Shown in pieces: positions 16,501 to 27,347 of a stretch of DNA of 32,919 bases; position 1 is the stretch's first letter; the number at the start of each line of letters is the position of its first letter. The stretch is from assembly GCA_947462495.1 (NCBI GenBank), contig CANHOY010000001.1:1-32919 (forward strand), written 5' to 3'. This DNA comes from Bacteroidota bacterium (GTDB lineage: Bacteria > Bacteroidota > Bacteroidia > Chitinophagales > Chitinophagaceae). The position numbers and the translations under genes are program-made. Under the pieces are notes generated by a model, which saw nothing but the letters and a program-made list of their open reading frames with translations, did no database searches and was not told where the DNA came from.

Positions 16501-16986
16501 TTAGCTGTTTGCCGAACTTAATAAACAAGTGGCCATAGCTACCAATCCTTCTTCTCTTCCCGTGAAGCCCATCGTTTCGGTAGTAGTAGCTTTGATAGAA
16601 ATATCTTTATTACCAATATGTAAAATACCAGCGATACATTCTTGCATGGCTATAACATAGGGTTTTATTTTTGGGGACTCTAAACATAAAGTGGCGTCTA
16701 TGTTTATAATTTGATAGCCTTCAGCTGTAATTAAATCGTAGGTTTTTTGAAGTAAAATTTTACTATCAATATTTTTATAAGCAGCATCCGTGTCAGGGAA
16801 GTGGGTGCCAATATCACCTAAACTTAAGGCGCCTAACAATGCATCACAAATGGCATGTAATAAAACATCTGCATCACTATGACCTAAAGCACCCTTGGTA
16901 TGTGGGATCTTTATGCCACCAATCCATAAGTCTCGGCCAGTAACTAATTGATGAAAATCGATGCCGGAGCCTATGCGTAATTTCAT
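16501..16986 (-). CDS. ispF: 2-C-methyl-D-erythritol 2,4-cyclodiphosphate synthase
   Basis: RIGSGIDFHQL, GHSDADVLLHAICDALLGA, GDIGTHFPD, KATTTE.MGFTGREEG. Confidence 0.97.
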   Translation of the reverse strand: MKLRIGSGIDFHQLVTGRDLWIGGIKIPHTKGALGHSDADVLLHAICDALLGALSLGDIGTHFPDTDAAYKNIDSKILLQKTYDLITAEGYQIINIDATLCLESPKIKPYVIAMQECIAGILHIGNKDISIKATTTETMGFTGREEGLVAMATCLLSSANS

Positions 16987-16991
16987 GCTCC

Positions 16992-18353
16992 TTATTTTTT
17001 AAATAATTTATTCCACCAATGTTCTTTTTCTTCTGAAGCACCTGGTGTGTCCATTCCAAAGGCAGATACTGCACATCTAAATCCAATAGTGCTGGATGAT
17101 TTATCTTGATCTAAAAATCTTCTCGTACCTGGGTTTAGCCAATAAGGACGATCTTTCCAACTACCCCCTTTGTATACTCTAGATTTATTGGAGATTAAAG
17201 TATTGGTATTGGTTTCGTAATTAGAAGTATTCGCGTCGTCGCCATCTAATGAATTATTTCCTCTGTATGGATTAAAATCATCCATATCAATGGTATTCAT
17301 GGGGCGGTAGATATCAGCCACCCACTCATTCACATTACCGCTCACATTATATAACCCCACTTGATTTTGTAAAAAACTATTTACTTTAGAGGGGAAGCCA
17401 GCGCCATCGTTAGAATAGCCTACCATGCCCATATAATCGCCACTTCCGTTTTTGAAATTAGCTAAAAACATCCCCTTTTTTCCTTTCTTTTTTCCGAAGG
17501 TGGTATTTCTCAAGCCATCATTTCCATTAGAGCTCCAAGGATAAGGACTGTCGGAACTTACTACATTAGAATTGGGATGAGGTGAGTTAGCACCTGATTT
17601 AGGAAGATTAAAACCAGAAATGTAATTTTTCCCACTAGAAACTTTTGCTGCATATTCCCACTCGGCTTCGGTAGGTAATCTATAGTCAGGGATCATTACA
17701 TAATCATCTCCTTTTTTAGATCTGTTAAATCCTGTAGCAGATGCGGTATTGGAAACACCATTATTGTTCGCAGAATCTGAAATAGAATTGAAGATACCCA
17801 TTTTACCAACATAGGGTTTTTTAGGATCTATCAATTTATACTTTAATAAAGTTTGTTCATTGGACCTGTCTGTTTTCCACCTGCAATAATCATTGGCTTG
17901 CTCCCAACTAACACCTACTACGGGGTAGTCATTAAACACGGATGATCTAAAATAACCTTCTACCATCGGGTCGTTATAAGATAATTCTGTTTTCCATACG
18001 GTACTGTCTGGCAAAGCAGCTCTAACAATAGAGTCTCTTCCCATTGGAATAAATATTTTTTCCAACCATTGAATATAAGTGCGGTATTTCTTATTACTTA
18101 CCTCATACTGGTCTATTCTAAATGAACTTACGGTAACTCTTCTCAGACTATTATTCCAGTCTCCCATGATATTTTCTTGGTTCATACCCATTGCAAAAGT
18201 GCCTCCACGAATAAGTACGGTTTCGGCATATGGGTCGTCTGATTTTGCCTCTATCTTGATGAAATTATTTTCTTTGTTATTGGATGTCGATAACAAACTA
18301 GGCCCTATTAATAAAAGAGCGAAAAACAGTAAAATACTATTTATAAAATGCAT
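16992..18353 (-). CDS. gldJ: Gliding motility protein GldJ (SUMF1/FGE-sulfatase fold)
   Basis: GGTFAMG...DWNN, ALPDSTVW, YPVVGVSWEQA, RLPTEAEWEYAA, RVYKGGSWKDRPYWLNPG...IGFRC. Divergent from porU and upstream of murF, as in other Bacteroidota. Confidence 0.82.
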   Translation of the reverse strand: MHFINSILLFFALLLIGPSLLSTSNNKENNFIKIEAKSDDPYAETVLIRGGTFAMGMNQENIMGDWNNSLRRVTVSSFRIDQYEVSNKKYRTYIQWLEKIFIPMGRDSIVRAALPDSTVWKTELSYNDPMVEGYFRSSVFNDYPVVGVSWEQANDYCRWKTDRSNEQTLLKYKLIDPKKPYVGKMGIFNSISDSANNNGVSNTASATGFNRSKKGDDYVMIPDYRLPTEAEWEYAAKVSSGKNYISGFNLPKSGANSPHPNSNVVSSDSPYPWSSNGNDGLRNTTFGKKKGKKGMFLANFKNGSGDYMGMVGYSNDGAGFPSKVNSFLQNQVGLYNVSGNVNEWVADIYRPMNTIDMDDFNPYRGNNSLDGDDANTSNYETNTNTLISNKSRVYKGGSWKDRPYWLNPGTRRFLDQDKSSSTIGFRCAVSAFGMDTPGASEEKEHWWNKLFKK

Positions 18354-18467
18354 AGTAATTGTTTATACAAAAATGGGGTTAAGTGATAGTGCGAAGATAG
18401 CTTGTTTTTTAATCATTTATTCACTTGTAAGTATATTCTTGTGTTAGTAAAACCCTAATTTTAACGT

Positions 18468-21400
18468 ATGATAAGGTGGGCCCTAGTATTTTTTTTATGT
18501 ATTGTAATTTTTCCTTCTATTTCAAGTGGGCAAATTTCGCCTTTTTTTAATGGAAAATGGGTAAAAATTGCTGCTACCAAACAGGGGGTGTATCAAGTCA
18601 CGGGTGCCCAACTTAAAGCTATGGGTTTTACCATCCCTTTTGCCTCTAGTCAAGTGCAATTGTACAATTTTAATTTAGCCAATTTGAACGACAAGGTAGT
18701 AGCCAATCCAAAAGTGGGTATTGCTGAAAATGCGATTCTGGTGAATGACGGCGGTGACAATCAATTTGATGAAAAAGATTTTTTATTATTTTATAGTGAA
18801 GGATTTATTCAATGGAAATACGATGAAGTAAAAGGTTTGCCCACTCATTTTAAAAATGCCGTTAGCGATTCCGTTTTTTATTTTATCACGATGGGTGCCA
18901 ATGGAAAAAGAATTAGCAGGCTTGAGAAAATAAATACATCACAACAAACCATCGATGATTATGATGAAAGATGGGTCATTGAAAAAGACAGTGTTTCACT
19001 TTTAAAAAGCGGTAAATTATTGCTTGGTTCGCCCATGGGTCAAGGCAATGGAAAACAAGCACAACTCAATTACACCTATAGTATGGAGGGATTGCTTGTA
19101 AGTAGTCCATTAAAAATAGTAAGCAAATATGCTGCCACAACCTATGAAAACAAAGCCAATTTTAATTTATCCTTCAATAGCAATTTGGCAAGAACTAGTT
19201 CGGTAGATCCTGTGTCTGGGTATTTGTATGATGAATCGGCCAATATTATTATTGATAGTAGTAGTTATTTACTAAATGCCAATACCAATTTAGCCAGTCC
19301 GGTGAACATCAATATTGCATTTTCTAGCAATAATACTAGCGCAACGGGTTGGATAGATTTTATTGAAATAAATGCTAAAAGAAAAATTGGTTTTTGGGGT
19401 AGCAACTCTTTTGGTTTTAGAAATTATCAAAATATAAAATCAGGACTTGCCACGCAATATCAATTACAAAATATAGATGCTACTACACAGGTTTGGGATG
19501 TGACGCATCCAGAGACACCTTTGGGTTTGTCAGTTAATTTTCAAACGCCCACTGCTGGAAATTTTATTCAACTAGCCGATACTCTTCGCGAGTTTTTTGC
19601 CTTTAAACAAAATGCCTATGAGACAGCCACTTTTATAGCTGGGGTAGATAAGCAAAATGTGATAGGTAGCGATGTGCCAGATTATATCATAGTGAGTGCT
19701 AGCAATTATTTAAAGCCTGCAAAAAAATTGAGAGATTTTCATGAATCGGCCCATGGTTTAAAAGGCCAAGTGTTTAATGTGAATGAAATTTTCAATGAAT
19801 TTTCGGGCGGACAACCAAGTGCTATCGGCATTAGAAATTTTATTCAATATTTGTTTAATCAAGCAGCGGTAAAGCGTCAAAATGTACCACAATATTTATT
19901 ATTAGTGGGAATGGCCATTTATAGTAATAAAAATTACAATAGTGCCCAACAAATTCCAGTTTTTCAAAGTGAAGCCTCTACTGGTATTTTAACAAGTTAT
20001 CCAACAGATGATTATTATAGTATTCTGAATAATAATAATGATATTAATTCACCAAATAATATTAATATTTTATCCTTGGCTACAGGAAGATTACCTGTAA
20101 GGACTTTGGCTGAAGCAGATACGGTAGTTGAAAAAATAATTAGTTATCAAAAAAACAGTAATGGAGGTGCCTGGAAAAATCAATTGACTTGGGTAGCAGA
20201 TGATGGAGATTATAATTTGCATTTACAAGATGCCGAAGACATCACCAATAATTTACAAAAGAAAGCGACTCAATGGAATCAGAAAAAAGTATATTTAGAT
20301 TTATACCCTGCTTCTAAAAATATTGCAGGTAATACTTATCCTTTAGTGAATGGGATCATCAATCAATCCGTTAATAATGGAACGCTAATTTTAAATTATA
20401 CGGGGCATGGAAATTTTTCAAGATTAGCGGAAGAGGCTGTGATTGCCCAACCCGATGTACAACAATGGGATAATGCTGGTAAGCTTCCTTTAATGATTAC
20501 AGCTTCTTGTGATTTCGCTCCTTATGACCAACCACAATTGAGTCCATTTGGGTTTGATGCACTTTTAAAAAATTCAAAAGGGGTGGTGGCCTTGGTGTCG
20601 GCAAGTAGATTGGTATATGCTTATAGCAATAAACAAATTAATGATTTATTTATTCAAAAATTATTGGTGCCAGATAGTGTTGGCCAATATTTAACTATAG
20701 GCAACGCGTTGCAAAAAGCAAAAATGGCCGCATGGGCTCAGGGAGAAGACCGTATCAACACCTTTAAATTTACCTTATTAGGTGATCCTGCCATGTATTT
20801 GGCGAAGTCAAAGGATCAAGTTATTTTAAATTCAATTAATGGAAAAACCTTTAATGGCATCGATACGCTACAGGCAGGTAATAAATATTCAATAAGCGGA
20901 TTGGTCAAATCTAATGGGCAAACAAAAAATAATTTTAATGGCACACTTGAAATGGTGCTATATGATGCAGCTAGTTTGAAAAAAACATTGGGCAATGATG
21001 TTAAAAGTATTCCTGTTAATATAAGTCTACAAGAAAATATTTTATTTAAAGGAAAAGCTAGTGTTGCTAATGGAAATTTTGTAATTGAATTTATGTTGCC
21101 TAAAGAAGTGAGTGTAAATCAAGGGGCTTTAAAAATGCAATTAAATGCTTATAATGATAGTACGGATGCAATGAGTGTTTATCAACAAATTTATGCGAAG
21201 CCAATACTTTCTGAAAATTTTTCAGATACCATTGGGCCTTCTATGAAAGTATTTTTGAATGACACCAACTTTATTAACGGAGGTTGGGCAGCGGCAAAAT
21301 CGACACTTCTTATAAATTTAAAAGATGAAGCGGGCATTCAAACTTCTGGCAATTCATTAGGCCATGATATTACCTTATTAATTGATGGAGATACCAAAAA

Positions 21401-21878
21401 TGAATTGGTATTGAATAATTATTATACAGCAGCCATTAATACTTATCAGAAAGGGAGTATTCAATATGCATTGCCTAGTTTTTCAATAGGACAACATCAG
21501 TTAATTATTAAGGCCTGGGACCTATTGGGCAATTCAAGTAAGGATACTATTCAATTTATCGTACCTGATACGGCAGTAATGCTTTTAAATAAAGTGAGCA
21601 ATTTCCCCAATCCCTTTAGACATGGTACTTCATTTAGTTTTGAGCACAATCAATTAGAAAATACTCTAAATATTAACTTAAGCCTTTATAACAATAATGG
21701 TTTGCTTTTATTTACAAGGCCATTAAATGCTCAATACAATGCGAATAGAGTTGTTTCCTATTGGGATGGAACCAACACTAGTGGGGGCTTGTTAAATCCG
21801 GGAGTGTATTATTATAAAATTACGCTATCCAATGGGAAGGAAACAAAGGTATTGGCTAATAAATTAGTTAAATTTTAA
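18468..21878 (+). CDS. porU: T9SS sortase PorU (peptidase C25 family)
   Basis: GKWVKI...GVYQVT, IFNEFSGG, GRLPV, VADDGD, catalytic NYTGHG and TASCDF, LLGDPA, IKAWD, C-terminal NFPNPF CTD. Followed by porV. Confidence 0.92.
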   Translation: MIRWALVFFLCIVIFPSISSGQISPFFNGKWVKIAATKQGVYQVTGAQLKAMGFTIPFASSQVQLYNFNLANLNDKVVANPKVGIAENAILVNDGGDNQFDEKDFLLFYSEGFIQWKYDEVKGLPTHFKNAVSDSVFYFITMGANGKRISRLEKINTSQQTIDDYDERWVIEKDSVSLLKSGKLLLGSPMGQGNGKQAQLNYTYSMEGLLVSSPLKIVSKYAATTYENKANFNLSFNSNLARTSSVDPVSGYLYDESANIIIDSSSYLLNANTNLASPVNINIAFSSNNTSATGWIDFIEINAKRKIGFWGSNSFGFRNYQNIKSGLATQYQLQNIDATTQVWDVTHPETPLGLSVNFQTPTAGNFIQLADTLREFFAFKQNAYETATFIAGVDKQNVIGSDVPDYIIVSASNYLKPAKKLRDFHESAHGLKGQVFNVNEIFNEFSGGQPSAIGIRNFIQYLFNQAAVKRQNVPQYLLLVGMAIYSNKNYNSAQQIPVFQSEASTGILTSYPTDDYYSILNNNNDINSPNNINILSLATGRLPVRTLAEADTVVEKIISYQKNSNGGAWKNQLTWVADDGDYNLHLQDAEDITNNLQKKATQWNQKKVYLDLYPASKNIAGNTYPLVNGIINQSVNNGTLILNYTGHGNFSRLAEEAVIAQPDVQQWDNAGKLPLMITASCDFAPYDQPQLSPFGFDALLKNSKGVVALVSASRLVYAYSNKQINDLFIQKLLVPDSVGQYLTIGNALQKAKMAAWAQGEDRINTFKFTLLGDPAMYLAKSKDQVILNSINGKTFNGIDTLQAGNKYSISGLVKSNGQTKNNFNGTLEMVLYDAASLKKTLGNDVKSIPVNISLQENILFKGKASVANGNFVIEFMLPKEVSVNQGALKMQLNAYNDSTDAMSVYQQIYAKPILSENFSDTIGPSMKVFLNDTNFINGGWAAAKSTLLINLKDEAGIQTSGNSLGHDITLLIDGDTKNELVLNNYYTAAINTYQKGSIQYALPSFSIGQHQLIIKAWDLLGNSSKDTIQFIVPDTAVMLLNKVSNFPNPFRHGTSFSFEHNQLENTLNINLSLYNNNGLLLFTRPLNAQYNANRVVSYWDGTNTSGGLLNPGVYYYKITLSNGKETKVLANKLVKF

Positions 21879-21933
21879 CGACTACTATAAATGAATTTTG
21901 TACCTTTAATTTTCTTAAGTTGAAATTATTATT

Positions 21934-23064
21934 ATGATCCAGATGAAGCTCAAAATATTTGTTTTTTTATTGATTGTATTTTTTACAAAACAAAATGTTT
22001 GGGCACAAACTAAAATTAATATCCAAAGTACGGCTGTTCCTTTTATGTTAATTTCTCCCGATGCCCGTTCTGGTGGTATGGGTAATTTGTCTTTGGCGAT
22101 GTCTCCCGATGCCAATGATCTTTTTGGTAACACGGCTAAGTTGCCCTATATGGAAGAAAAGCAGGGTTTTTTAATTAACTACACCCCTTGGTTAAAGGAT
22201 TTAGGTTTGACCGATGTGTATTTAGCGAGTGCAGGTTACTACAAAAAAATAAATGAAATAAGTGCTATCAATAGTTCCTTGCGATTTTTTAGTTTAGGTA
22301 ATATAGATTTCACTGATGAATCAGGTAATACTTCACTTCCATCACAACGACCCTCAGAATTTAGTTATGACTTTGGATATAGCGTTTTATTGACAGATCA
22401 ATTAAGCATGGGACTTTCTTTAAGGTACATCTATTCAAGACTGGTAACAGGTTCCTTTATTAATAACCCAGTTAATTATAGAGCAGGCAATACTTTATCA
22501 GGCGACATCAGTTTATTTTACAAACAAAATGAAGACCTACAAGGCTTTCACGGAGGTATATTGCTTTCGAATTTAGGGGGTAAAATAAGTTATACTGATA
22601 ATTCAAAAAAGTATTTCATACCTGCCAATATGGGATTGGGCATTGGTTATTTAAATAAATTAGACGCCGAAAATTCATTGGAATTTGGATTAGACGTGAA
22701 TCGATTAATGGTCCCTGTGAGTCCTAATAATTCAGACCAAGAATCAGTCAATCGTTATTTTTCTCAGTCGGTGGTATCAAGTTGGTTTAATTCATTTACG
22801 GCCAAAGAGGGGATGCCTTTGGGCGAATCTATAAAAGCATCTACAGGCATAGAATACAACTACATTAATCGTTTCTTTTTGAGAGCAGGCTATTTCTTAG
22901 ATAATAATAAGAACTTAGGCAATATGCAATATTTTACTATTGGTACCAGCTTTCAATACCAACAGTCTAAGTTTAATATTTCCTATTTAGTTCCATCTGG
23001 AGGGGGCATCACAAAAAATCCGCTTTCTAATACCATTCGATTTGGTAGTATTTTTTACTTCTAG
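21934..23064 (+). CDS. porV: T9SS outer-membrane shuttle PorV
   Basis: TAVPFMLISPDARSGGMG, NYTPWL, LRFFSLG, FFLRAGYF, NPLSNTIRF. Directly follows porU. Confidence 0.93.
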   Translation: MIQMKLKIFVFLLIVFFTKQNVWAQTKINIQSTAVPFMLISPDARSGGMGNLSLAMSPDANDLFGNTAKLPYMEEKQGFLINYTPWLKDLGLTDVYLASAGYYKKINEISAINSSLRFFSLGNIDFTDESGNTSLPSQRPSEFSYDFGYSVLLTDQLSMGLSLRYIYSRLVTGSFINNPVNYRAGNTLSGDISLFYKQNEDLQGFHGGILLSNLGGKISYTDNSKKYFIPANMGLGIGYLNKLDAENSLEFGLDVNRLMVPVSPNNSDQESVNRYFSQSVVSSWFNSFTAKEGMPLGESIKASTGIEYNYINRFFLRAGYFLDNNKNLGNMQYFTIGTSFQYQQSKFNISYLVPSGGGITKNPLSNTIRFGSIFYF

Positions 23065-23090
23065 TTCTATTTTACCTATTTTTGTTGACC

Positions 23091-23531
23091 ATGTCAATTG
23101 CTATTAAAATTGTAAACAAGAGTCATCATTCATTGCCTGCCTATGCGACTTCAGGTGCTTCGGGTATGGACCTTCGGGCTAATTTGGAAGTCGCTTTACA
23201 ATTGCAACCCATGGAGCGTATTTTAATTCCGACTGGCTTATTTCTAGCTATTCCGGAAAACTATGAAGCGCAAATTAGACCCAGAAGCGGGTTGGCGCTT
23301 AAGCAAGGGCTTACTTGTTTAAATACACCAGGTACCATTGACGCTGATTATCGAGGTGAAATAAAAGTAATCTTAATTAATTTATCCACCGAAATGCAAA
23401 CTATTCAAGATGGGGATCGTGTTGCACAAATAGTTTTTTGCGCAGTAGAAAAAGTAAATTTAGAATCGGTAATTGAATTAGAAATTACTCAAAGAGGCGA
23501 AGGCGGCTTTGGGCATACTGGTAAACAATAA
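23091..23531 (+). CDS. dut: dUTP diphosphatase
   Basis: ASGMDLRA, QIRPRSGLA, NTPGTIDADYRGEIKV, RGEGGFGHTG. ATG at 23091 preferred over TTG at 23082. Confidence 0.97.
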   Translation: MSIAIKIVNKSHHSLPAYATSGASGMDLRANLEVALQLQPMERILIPTGLFLAIPENYEAQIRPRSGLALKQGLTCLNTPGTIDADYRGEIKVILINLSTEMQTIQDGDRVAQIVFCAVEKVNLESVIELEITQRGEGGFGHTGKQ

Positions 23532-23538
23532 AGATAGT

Positions 23539-24366
23539 ATGAAAAAAATTCTAATCTTTATTGGTGCAATTGTTTTCATTGTCTCTTGTTCTACTTTTAA
23601 AAAAGTACAAGTACTAAAGGACGCACTTTCTAAAAAAGATTCTTTACAAACTAAATCGCTTTCTGAAGTATCTAAGGTGGATTCTTCTGCTATTGTAAAA
23701 AAAATCATAGAGAAAATAGAGCAAACAAAAATCGACTTCAAAACAATGAATGCTCGTTTAAAAGTAGACTACGAATCTGCCACTAACGCCGATAATTACA
23801 TTGTTAATATTAGCCTTGTTAAAGATTCTGCTATTTACATTACCATTAGAGGGGCGATGGGCGTGATTGGCTTAAAGGCCCTAATAAAAAAAGATAGTGT
23901 AGATTTAATTTACCCCTTAAGAAAAAATAAAAATATCGAACATAAGTCCTTAAGTTATTTACAGGAAGTGTTAAAAATTTCATTCACATTTGGAACCCTT
24001 CAAGATTTGGTTGTTGGGAATCCTATTTTTATTGAAAATTCGAAAGTGGTTTCCTATAAGATGAATAATAATAAATTAGAAGTAGGCATGTTGGGTAGCT
24101 TGTTTAAAAATTTAATAGTTTTAAATGAGGATAATTCAAAAATACTTCAACTTAAATTAGATGACATCGATATTACACAACACCGCACCTGCGCGATAGC
24201 TTATAGCAACCATGTACCTGTTAACCAGTATCAGTTCCCAATGAATAGGGAATTGATTATTTCGGCGCAATCTCGTTTAGAAGTGCGCATGGAAGTGAAG
24301 GAATTTAATTTTAATGAACCTTTAAAATATACCTTTGTTATTCCTAAGCCAGGAAAAAGAAAGTAA
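23539..24366 (+). CDS. DUF4292 family lipoprotein
   Basis: Lipobox IVSC after MKKILIF; KDSAIYI and LQDLVVGNP motifs; conserved position between dut and envC. Confidence 0.8.
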   Translation: MKKILIFIGAIVFIVSCSTFKKVQVLKDALSKKDSLQTKSLSEVSKVDSSAIVKKIIEKIEQTKIDFKTMNARLKVDYESATNADNYIVNISLVKDSAIYITIRGAMGVIGLKALIKKDSVDLIYPLRKNKNIEHKSLSYLQEVLKISFTFGTLQDLVVGNPIFIENSKVVSYKMNNNKLEVGMLGSLFKNLIVLNEDNSKILQLKLDDIDITQHRTCAIAYSNHVPVNQYQFPMNRELIISAQSRLEVRMEVKEFNFNEPLKYTFVIPKPGKRK

Positions 24367-24380
24367 GTAAGTTATAAAAG

Positions 24381-25745
24381 ATGATCATAAAAAGAATTAT
24401 ACTGTTCATTATTTTTTTAGTAAGCATTTCTATGCCTGTTTTAGCTCAAGATAATTTGTCAAGAGACGATTTGCAAAAAGAGACGCAAGCCATTCGAAAA
24501 GAAATTGACGAATTGAATATATTGCTAGAACAAACAAAGAAGAATAAAAAAAATTCACTGGGCCAGTTGGCGGTTATTCATAGTAAAATTGCTAAAAGAG
24601 AAGCTTTAATAAAGGGAATTGCCAAACAAGTTAAAATATTGGACGACGCCATATTTACGAATCAATTGGACGTTCAAAAATTAAATAAAGACTTAGATAC
24701 CTTAAAATCTAAATACCAAAAAAGCATCATTTTTGCTTACAAGAGCAGAAGTGGGTATGAATATCTTAATTTTTTATTTTCTGCTAATAGTTTTAATGAT
24801 GCGGTTAAAAGAATCACTTATTTAAAAAGTTATAGACAAAATAGAGAAGCGCAAGCACGAACCATTGACTTATCTCAACAAGACCTAAATGTTAAAATAA
24901 CTCAATTGGGTTCTAATAAAAAAGATCGATTAAAAACATTAACTGTTCAAAGTGAACAACTAAAAGTGTTAGTGGACGACCGAAAAGAACAAGATAAAAT
25001 TGTTAAGCAACTAAAAAATAAAGAGCAGGAAATTAGTGCACAGGTCCGACAAAAAGAAGCGCAAAGAAGAAAAATGCAATCTGCCTTATTAACCATTATT
25101 CGACGTGAAACTTTGGAAGCGGAAAGAAAAGAAAAAGAAAGAATTGCTAAATCAAGAGCAGCCAATGAAGCAGCTAATAAAGCCAATACCAAAGTAAATA
25201 CGGAAGCGCCTTCTACTTCTAAAGCAACTACTAAAAATACGAAAGTCGTTAATGCAGAAGGCGGATTAACTAGCACCACCGATAATCGTCCCTATTCGGC
25301 TTTGGAAACCACCGAAGAGGGCAGAGAAGCTTCCATCTCTTTTGAAAACAACAAAGGAAATTTACCATGGCCAGTGGATAAAGGGAATGTATACATCCAT
25401 TTTGGTGTCGAAAATATACCAGGTACCAAATTAAATCGAAAAAGCGATGGCATTGAGTTGGCATTACCAAAAGGCACTTCTGTAAAAAGTTTAGCCAATG
25501 GAATTGTAAAATATACAGGAGACATTAATGGTGACTTGACTGTTTTTGTTCAACATGGAAAATATTTCTCCACTTATACGCATTTAAGTAGCATTAATGT
25601 AAATGTAGGTCAGGAAGTTCGTGCAGGCACTTTGCTTGGGAAATCGGGCATCAATTTAGATGGGGAAGGCGCTTTATTATTAATGATTAACAATGAGAAA
25701 GGTGTTTTCTTTGATCCAGAAAATTGGTTAAAAAATAGAAGATAA
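24381..25745 (+). CDS. envC: Murein hydrolase activator EnvC-like (coiled coil plus degenerate M23 domain)
   Basis: Long coiled coil, FLFSANSFNDAVKRITYLK, FENNKGNLPWPV, VQHGKYFSTYTHL, DPENWL. The Zn-ligand motifs of active M23 peptidases are not conserved. Confidence 0.82.
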   Translation: MIIKRIILFIIFLVSISMPVLAQDNLSRDDLQKETQAIRKEIDELNILLEQTKKNKKNSLGQLAVIHSKIAKREALIKGIAKQVKILDDAIFTNQLDVQKLNKDLDTLKSKYQKSIIFAYKSRSGYEYLNFLFSANSFNDAVKRITYLKSYRQNREAQARTIDLSQQDLNVKITQLGSNKKDRLKTLTVQSEQLKVLVDDRKEQDKIVKQLKNKEQEISAQVRQKEAQRRKMQSALLTIIRRETLEAERKEKERIAKSRAANEAANKANTKVNTEAPSTSKATTKNTKVVNAEGGLTSTTDNRPYSALETTEEGREASISFENNKGNLPWPVDKGNVYIHFGVENIPGTKLNRKSDGIELALPKGTSVKSLANGIVKYTGDINGDLTVFVQHGKYFSTYTHLSSINVNVGQEVRAGTLLGKSGINLDGEGALLLMINNEKGVFFDPENWLKNRR

Positions 25746-25790
25746 TTTCTGCAATTATTTTTTTATATTACAATCTAATAATTGCTTTTC

Positions 25791-27275
25791 ATGTCAAAAT
25801 TTATCTTAGCCTTTGATCAAGGTACGACCAGCAGTCGTGCTATGTTATTTGATCACCAGGGGCAAATTCACGCTACTGCACAAAAAGAATTCAAACAAAT
25901 TTTTCCTAAGCCAGGTTGGGTCGAGCATGATCCCTTAGAAATATGGAGTACACAAATGGGGGTAGCTACTGAAGCAATCAGCATGAAAGGATTATCGATA
26001 CAAGATATTGCTGCCATTGGAATTACCAATCAAAGAGAAACCACAGTAGTATGGAATAAAATTACTGGACACCCTGTTTACAATGCAATTGTTTGGCAAG
26101 ATAGACGTACATCTGATTTTTGTGACGAATTAAAAAAACAGGGTAAAGCTGCATTGATTCAAGAAAAAACTGGCTTGGTGATTGATGCTTATTTTTCAGG
26201 TTCAAAAATTAAATGGATTTTAGATAACGTAGCTGGTGCAAGAGATTTAGCCAATAAGGGCGAACTTTTATTTGGCACCATTGATTCCTGGTTGGTTTGG
26301 AAATTAACCAATGGAAAAGTGCATGTAACAGATGTGACCAATGCTTCACGTACTATGCTTTTTAATATACATACTTTACAATGGGATGCAGAATTATTAA
26401 AAATATTAGATGTGCCAGCGAACATGTTGCCAGAAGTAAAAAGTAGCAGTGAAGTATACGGACATACCACACAATTATTTGCTCATCATGAAATTCCTAT
26501 TGCAGGTATTGCAGGAGATCAACAATCTGCCTTGTTTGGACAGATGTGTACTTCGCCTGGTATGGTAAAAAACACTTATGGTACAGGTTGTTTTATGTTA
26601 ATGCACACGGGAGAAAAAGCAGTGAGTTCAAAAAATAATTTAATAACTACCATTGCTTTACAAATGAATGGTCATACCTATTATGCTTTAGAGGGGAGTG
26701 TATTTATTGGAGGTGCGGTGGTGCAATGGTTAAGAGATGGCTTGCATTTAATTAGAAATTCATCTGAGGTAGAGTCATTAGCCAAAGAAGTGGATAGCAC
26801 CGATGGGGTTTATTTAGTACCTGCTTTTGCAGGACTAGGGGCGCCCTATTGGAATCAACATGCACGAGGAACTATTGTGGGTATTACAAGAGGAACTACT
26901 TCGGCACATATTGCACGTGCAGCTTTAGAAAGTATTGCCTTTCAAAGTTATGATTTATTAAAAGCAATGGAAGCCGATTCGGGCATTCCTATTGCTGAAT
27001 TAAGAGTAGATGGAGGAGCCACCCATAATAATTTACTCATGCAGTTTCAATCTGAAATTGTGAACACTAAAGTAATTCGTCCAACCATGGTGGAAACTAC
27101 TGCACTCGGTGCTGCTTACTTAGCAGGCTTAGCAGTTGGTTTTTGGAAAGACATAGAGGAGTTAAGATCAAAATGGCAAATAGATCAAATATTTGAGCCT
27201 ACTGTAAAAAAGGAGCAAAGATCAGAGTGTATTCAAGGTTGGGAAAGAGCTATTAAAGCAACGAATAATTGGTAA
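25791..27275 (+). CDS. glpK: Glycerol kinase
   Basis: [59 protein letters not shown]. Confidence 0.97.
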   Translation: MSKFILAFDQGTTSSRAMLFDHQGQIHATAQKEFKQIFPKPGWVEHDPLEIWSTQMGVATEAISMKGLSIQDIAAIGITNQRETTVVWNKITGHPVYNAIVWQDRRTSDFCDELKKQGKAALIQEKTGLVIDAYFSGSKIKWILDNVAGARDLANKGELLFGTIDSWLVWKLTNGKVHVTDVTNASRTMLFNIHTLQWDAELLKILDVPANMLPEVKSSSEVYGHTTQLFAHHEIPIAGIAGDQQSALFGQMCTSPGMVKNTYGTGCFMLMHTGEKAVSSKNNLITTIALQMNGHTYYALEGSVFIGGAVVQWLRDGLHLIRNSSEVESLAKEVDSTDGVYLVPAFAGLGAPYWNQHARGTIVGITRGTTSAHIARAALESIAFQSYDLLKAMEADSGIPIAELRVDGGATHNNLLMQFQSEIVNTKVIRPTMVETTALGAAYLAGLAVGFWKDIEELRSKWQIDQIFEPTVKKEQRSECIQGWERAIKATNNW

Positions 27276-27347
27276 TTAAAATTTATACTACTTTTTAGAT
27301 TTTTTATGATTTAACTTAATTTATTATTTAACAAAAATAAAAAAAAC

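Noticed and set aside
24381-25745. Missing zinc ligands in the M23 domain as a sign of pseudogenisation
   Set aside because: Degenerate M23 active sites are the defining trait of EnvC-type amidase activators.
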